Positions 58,200 to 64,000 of a stretch of 64,000 bases of DNA are shown here, piece by piece (positions within the stretch are counted from its first letter, which is position 1; every line of letters begins with the position of its first letter). The DNA is taken from the NCBI GenBank assembly GCA_951406725.2, contig OX597839.1:27218001-27282000 (forward strand), written 5' to 3'. Both the position numbers and the translations under genes were made by a program. This DNA comes from Octopus vulgaris. Lineage: Eukaryota. The notes beneath the pieces were generated by a model, which did no database searches, had not been told where the DNA came from, and saw only the letters and a program-made list of their open reading frames with translations.

Positions 58200-58800
58200 C
58201 TTCCACGTATGTTCTTATGTAAGAGCAGCCTTTTTCGAAATTAGTGAAATGTATGTTGTAAACGATATTTTGAGACTTCGATGGAGACCAACACCGAATT
58301 TACCTAATTTGCGAAACTACAACAAGAAACTCACGAGACAATTTCAGGTTAATTTGTATGAAAAGAAAAAATTGTTAACATAGAAGTGCTACCCTTAAAT
58401 TATTCTGTTGGCCTTGTTTACTTTTTTGCTCAGAAAAGAATGTTTGGAATGATAAAGGCTATGATGATTTAAATGATTTACTTTTGGCTATGCTAAAGCA
58501 CGAGCGTTCTCAAAGGCATAGAAAATCTTTGATAGATCTGAAAATATTCGGGAATGTTCGCATAGACTTACAATTAGATGTATGTAAAAATCAAAGCATA
58601 CAACATCATAATTAGGATGTTAGACGAAACAGATCCCTTCTGCAACGATTGATCGATGTTGTTATTTTTTTAGGCCTCCAGGAATTGTCGTTTCGGGGTC
58701 ATTTTGAGTCGGAAGGCTCTAATAATCGTGGAAATTATAAAGAACTCGTATATTTAATCAGTAAATATGACAAAAAAATGGAATGTTATTTATGACATAT
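58200..58800 (+). pseudogene. hAT (Tip100/ZMYM1-like) transposase remnant
   Basis: LFCWPCLLF...KHERSQRH...LIDVVIFLGLQELSFRGHFESEGSNNRGNYKEL resembles the TTF-type zinc finger and DUF4371 region (L.FRGH.E....N.GN..EL); contains stops and frameshifts. Confidence 0.8.
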
Positions 58801-58827
58801 TTCGTTTGAGATACGCGTGTGTGTGTT

Positions 58828-59229
58828 TACTTTTTACTCTTTACTCTTTTACTTGTTTCAGTCATTTGACTGCGGCCATGCTGGAGCACCGCGCCTTTAA
58901 TCGAGCAACTCGACCCCGGGACTTATTCTTTTGTAAGCCCAGTACTTATTCTATCGGTCTCTTTTGACGAACCGCTAAGTAACGGGGACGTAAACACACC
59001 AGCATCGGTTGTCAAGCAATGCTAGGGGGACAAACACAGACACACAAACATACACGCACACACATACATATATACATATATACGACGGGCTTCTTTCAGT
59101 TTCCGTCTACCAAATCCACTCACAAGGCATTGGTCGGCCCTGGGCTATAGCAGAAGACACTTGCCCAAGTGGGACTGAACCCGGAACCATGTGGTTGGTT
59201 AGCAAGTTACTTACCACACAGCCACTCCT
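58828..59229 (-). mobile_element. SINE family A
   Basis: Same as the 7326 copy. Confidence 0.85.
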
Positions 59230-59842
59230 GTTTAGCTACAAAAAATTTATTTTTTAAATCTGCCGCTCAAAGTGAAAAAATCCCCAACACCAGATTATCC
59301 AAAAACGGAGCGTGGGTACTACTAGCGAACAGTGGTCCCGGTGCGCGCACACGCACAGTCGCGCATCCGCGCTAGCTAGTCGTAAGTAGTCGATCCTACA
59401 ACGACTTGCGCGTATGCAAATTAATAGATTCGCGCATGCGCATTTAAAACGCAAATTAAATAATTTTTTAAACTAAGTAAATAAATTATTTTTTAAAACA
59501 ATGTATATAATTTTTTTACACAAATTAAATAATATTTTTCGAACAAAAATATTCAATTTTTTATTTGCTATTTGCTTTTTATTTACTTTGTTCGAAAAAT
59601 ATTATTTAATTTGTGTAAAAAAATTATATATATATTTTTTAAAAAAAAAACTTTGTTTATAAAATGTAATTTATTTACTTGGTTTTAAAAAAATGATTTA
59701 CTTGGCGTTTTAATCGCGCATGCGCGAATCTATTCATATTCGTCAGATGAGAGATGAATGTATTTGAAACCGTTGTCCCGTTTTCCCTCATGTAAATAAG
59801 ACAACACGAACTGTTGAAAATACCGAAAGCGAAAGAGTTAAT

Positions 59843-60050
59843 TGAGCTGGCAGAATCGTTAGCACGCTGGACGAAATGCTTAGCGATATTTCGCCCGTCG
59901 CTACGTTCTGAGTTCGAATTCTGCTTAGGTCGACTTTGCCTTTCATCCTTTCGGGGTCGATAAATTAAGTACCAGTTACGCACTGGAGTCGATATTATCG
60001 ACTAGTCCCTAGCCCTAAAATTTCAGGTCTTGTGCCTATAGTAGAAAGGA
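59843..60050 (+). mobile_element. SINE family B variant
   Basis: gagctggcagaatcgttagc...gcctttcatcctttcggggtcgataaattaagtacc. Confidence 0.75.
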
Positions 60051-60147
60051 TTGTTAATTGTAGGTAAGCTTTGAATGAGCCAAGATCAAAAACATTCCAG
60101 AAATGACCATTCCGTCTTGTGGCGGGGGATATATATATATATTGGAC

Positions 60148-60481
60148 TGGGATCTTTTCACTTTGACCGGCAGATTTAAAAAATAATTTCTTTGTAACTA
60201 AACACTTTTAAACTTCGACAAACGAAATATACACGGCCGGAAGTTCTTGTTGACAAACAACAGCAGTAATTGTATTCACCTCAATAGACGTCATTGATTG
60301 GTTGAAATTGCCGAAATACGAGAAATTTAACAGCAAATAGCTTACAAACTACAGAATTTTCTCAAGAAAGCCAAGAGAAAAAGATGTTTTACGTGACACA
60401 TTCTACCAGTATACGAAGTTTAAAAGTGTTTAGTTACAAAGAAATTATTTTTTAAACCTGCCGGTCAAAGTGAAAAGACCC
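60148..60481. mobile_element. MITE with ~70-bp TIRs
   Basis: gggatcttttcactttgaccggcagatttaaaaaataatttctttgtaactaaacac... is mirrored at 60412-60481; a solo end lies at 59230-59285. Confidence 0.8.
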
Positions 60482-60926
60482 ATCATTTCAAATTGATTCG
60501 GCTCAACCAATAGGTATAGGGGCTAATGCAGAATCGCACCTCTTTCAAAAACGAATTTTCGTGAAAAATTCTTTTCGGATTCCTACCTTTAACAGAGATT
60601 CCGAATATGCAAAAATATTAACAGAACCCAATTTCATCTTTATTACATTTCACTTATGATTTTTAGACTTTTTTTAAGGGAGAGTGAGGATGGGAAAGTA
60701 CCGACATTTCGAAGAGCAAAGAATAATACAAACAATACATTTATTTCAGGCTCATCTCTACACAGCCATTTTTTATTCCCTGCTTATTCTAGGTCGTACG
60801 GGGGTGATTGCATATTCAGAATCTCCTATATGTAAATCGTAGGAATACGAAGATTTTTTACTGAGGATGGGGGGGGGGTGCAAAGAAATTCATTGCATGC
60901 CCAGCCCCGGAAGTCACCGCACGCCA

Positions 60927-60982
<56 letters not shown>

Positions 60983-61056
60983 TATTTGAAAACGCTATGA
61001 AAAAATACCGTTATACAAAGGGAAACGGTATTTTTTCATAGCGTTTTCAAATAGCC

Positions 61057-61119
61057 AGATAACCGAAGAGATGGCGTTGTGGATTCCCACTTCGACATCT
61101 GAAACTCAGAGTTTTATCT
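61057..61119 (+). ncRNA. hammerhead-like motif (family H8, CCGAAGA core variant)
   Basis: AGATAA CCGAAGA GATG..GTGG/CCAC..CATC T GAA ACTC-A-GAGT T TTATCT; perfect 6-bp stem I. Confidence 0.5.
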
Positions 61120-61649
61120 TGACTATCAAGTGATGTAACATATTATTTTATAGATAAATTTCCTCTATTTACATAATATTGAGGTCTCTTTCTTTTTTTT
61201 GTTATCTTACCGTTTTACCAATATATATATATATATATATAAACAAGGAAAATGCCACTTGTATTTGAACACTATACAAATATTCTTTTAAAAAAACTTT
61301 TCTTTTAATTTTTCTAAATTTGATTAATTAATTGTTACAGTTGAAAAAGTCTCAATGCCTGAAACCGGTACTGAAATGTTTTTTATAAAATTTTTTTAGC
61401 ATTTTCTACCTTGAATTTTTTTTCCACATTTATACATACATACATACGTACGATGGGTTCTTTCAGTTTCCGTCTACAAAATCCACTGACAAAGCTTAGG
61501 GCGACAAGACACGTCCCCAAGGTTCCACGCAGTGTGATTGAACCCGGAGCCATGTGGGTGAGAAGCAAGTTTCTTACCACACAGCCATGCTTAAGGTATC
61601 CTTATGTAATTAAAACTAATTTTGTTGAAGAAAAAAAAAAGTTTAGTTA

Positions 61650-62060
61650 TTAGCATCGCCAAGTTCATTGCAAATTGGTGTAAGTTATATCTTTCGGAAT
61701 GTCTACCGCTAATCCACCGCGTAAACCTATTTCTGCATTTGTTGGAATGGTTCCAGTATCAATTAGTTGTTGTAGTGATAAATAAGACTGCAGGGAAGCA
61801 AATATATCCAGCAGACATCACAGATGAATGGATCTGTTCAAATATATTTCTATATCGCCGTCGTAAATTATTTGCCTGGCATTGTTCTTGCGCAGTCATT
61901 CCATGCGTTGTCTTGACTGTTCTGCTGGATCATAGAATTAAGTAAACCTATAATCAGAATGGTACGTAACCTGTTTGGTTTCTGGTGGCACCAATAAACC
62001 TGTAAACAATCCTCTATGTTCTGTAATTAGCAATTTCTCTAATTATTCTTGCATTATTGT
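61650..62060 (-). pseudogene. possible decayed Helitron Rep/helicase fragment
   Basis: Interrupted frames give HRGLFTGLLVPP...RFT*FYDPAEQSRQRM and SERYNLH...NELG, reminiscent of the RepHel motifs QLYIYD...RM and RYNLP..NEVA. Confidence 0.35.
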
Positions 62061-62182
62061 CTACATTCGTAGCCATTGCTCTGTTAAAACCTCTTGCGTT
62101 TCATTTGAAATGCTTTCCTCACGAAGTAGTACAGACATACATCAATTTACATCGTTTTAAATTACTGTTTTTTCGACTTTAC

Positions 62183-62223
<41 letters not shown>

Positions 62224-62531
62224 TGTGTATGTGTGTGTGTGTGTGCGTGCTAATGGTAATAATGAACCTCGACTTCAGTCGATTTATCCGACTCTACGTC
62301 GGTCTCAGCAAACATATTTAAAAGCATAAAATGTTTTGTTTTTTTAAAGTAACACGCGTGACCGTGTCTGTGGTAAGAAGTTTGCTTCGCAACCACATTG
62401 TTCCGGGTTCAGTCCTACTGTGTGGCACCTTGGACAAGTGTTTTCTACTATATTTTTGGACTGACCAAAGTCTTGTGAGTGGAACTGGTAGAAGGAAACT
62501 AAAAGAAACTTGTATGTTTGTATATGTATGT

Positions 62532-62582
<51 letters not shown>

Positions 62583-62759
62583 GGGGGTGTATTAGTTATC
62601 GGAAAGGTGGGTGGGTGATATTTAAATGGAAAATAATGGGAAGAGAGATGAAGATTAGATAAAATATATCCGCATCTGTAAAGCTGCTTTGTCAATCGAC
62701 GAATATCTCCGTCTGTCTCTGTCTCTCTCCCCCTATATATATATTTATATACTCACACA

Positions 62760-62859
<100 letters not shown>

Positions 62860-63040
62860 TACACACATACATGCATACATACATTTTGTGCATTCATATA
62901 CGTGGATAGATAGTTCAATAGTTTGATAAAGTGTGTGTGTGGCTGTGTGTGGTGGTGCGTGCAAATCTAGGAATGATAACGGAATATTTACGAAAAGGGT
63001 GACTCTAAATAGAATGAATTAACTTCATCCACCTACCTAC

Positions 63041-63112
<72 letters not shown>

Positions 63113-63119
63113 ACTTACA

Positions 63120-63173
<54 letters not shown>

Positions 63174-63239
63174 ATCGTCTGTATCACTAGCGATTTTTTT
63201 CCCTCTGTCTTCCCTTCTCTGGATCTTTCCTTCTCCTAT

Positions 63240-63274
63240 GTTTCTGACGACGAGCTCCGCTCGAAACGTCAAAC
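63240..63274 (+). ncRNA. minimal type-I hammerhead-like ribozyme (family H2)
   Basis: GTTT CTGACGA C GAGC TCC GCTC GAAAC GTC AAAC: stem I GUUU/AAAC, canonical core, palindromic ACGT, GUC triplet. Confidence 0.75.
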
Positions 63275-63367
63275 CCTCCTTCTTTCCTTTTTTCCTGAGC
63301 GTCCAATAATACTATATTTGTTCCACGTCCTCGCGTTGTTGTCTTTTTGTTTTCTTGTTTGGATTAA

Positions 63368-63451
<84 letters not shown>

Positions 63452-64000
63452 CTGTCTGTCTGTATATGCAGCCGTAGACAAATCGATAGATTGACACAAA
63501 GAGAGATTGACATCCATCCATCCATCCATACTTGTATGTATGTATCTATGTATGTAACAAGTGTGGGCGTGTCTAAATGACTAGAGGAGTCACACATACA
63601 CAGTGAAAGAGAGAGAGAGATAGAGAATGAGTGAGAGAGAAAGAGGCAAGTTGTTATTTATGCCTTATACAGCAAAGTCTACTCGCAAGGAATATGGAAA
63701 AAGAATGTGCATGGGGGGGGGGCGAACTGTAGCATTAGATGAAGGCTCACCAAAACAACAGTGTAACACACCTACTGCAAGAGGCGCCCATCAATTGGAA
63801 CAGCGGTAGAAAAAAGTGTGAATCCGCAGAAGGACTGAAAAGCCTCACCCATGATTCTTATGTTTAAATGAAAATTCAAGTGTGGCATTACTCGAAATTG
63901 TGTTGCAGACATCACTGATGTATTGCTTTACGTTTACACTTGCTTCAGTCATTCGACTGCGGCCATGCTGGAGTACAACCTTAAAGGGTTCTAGTCAGCC

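Overview
AT-rich, microsatellite-saturated eukaryotic DNA. The SINE and microsatellite content resembles an Octopus (coleoid cephalopod) genome, which is my inference from repeat recognition. The only host gene I can support is the 3' end of an UNC-93A-like MFS membrane protein on +: exons 15349-15616 and 40385-40614, joined by a 24,768-bp GT-AG intron, with earlier exons apparently outside the window. Nearly all ORFs in the supplied track are translations of microsatellites or SINEs. The rest is transposon debris: three tRNA-derived SINE families, a decayed mariner interrupted by a piggyBac-type MITE, Helitrons, a hAT transposase remnant, R4/Dong-like (RLE) LINE ends in (AAT)n tracts, a Penelope-like GIY-YIG remnant and an 89-bp CCAAT-box satellite. 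The most striking unannotated signal is about 17 minimal type-I hammerhead-ribozyme-like motifs, intact or decayed, from roughly eight unrelated sequence families. Several sit beside the inverted junctions typical of Penelope-like insertions. One family has a tRNA-like Pol III head, an (AAT)n linker and the hammerhead, and one copy of another family shows a G3-C8 swap of the conserved C3-G8 core pair. All coordinates and pairings were read by eye; no ribozyme activity is demonstrated.
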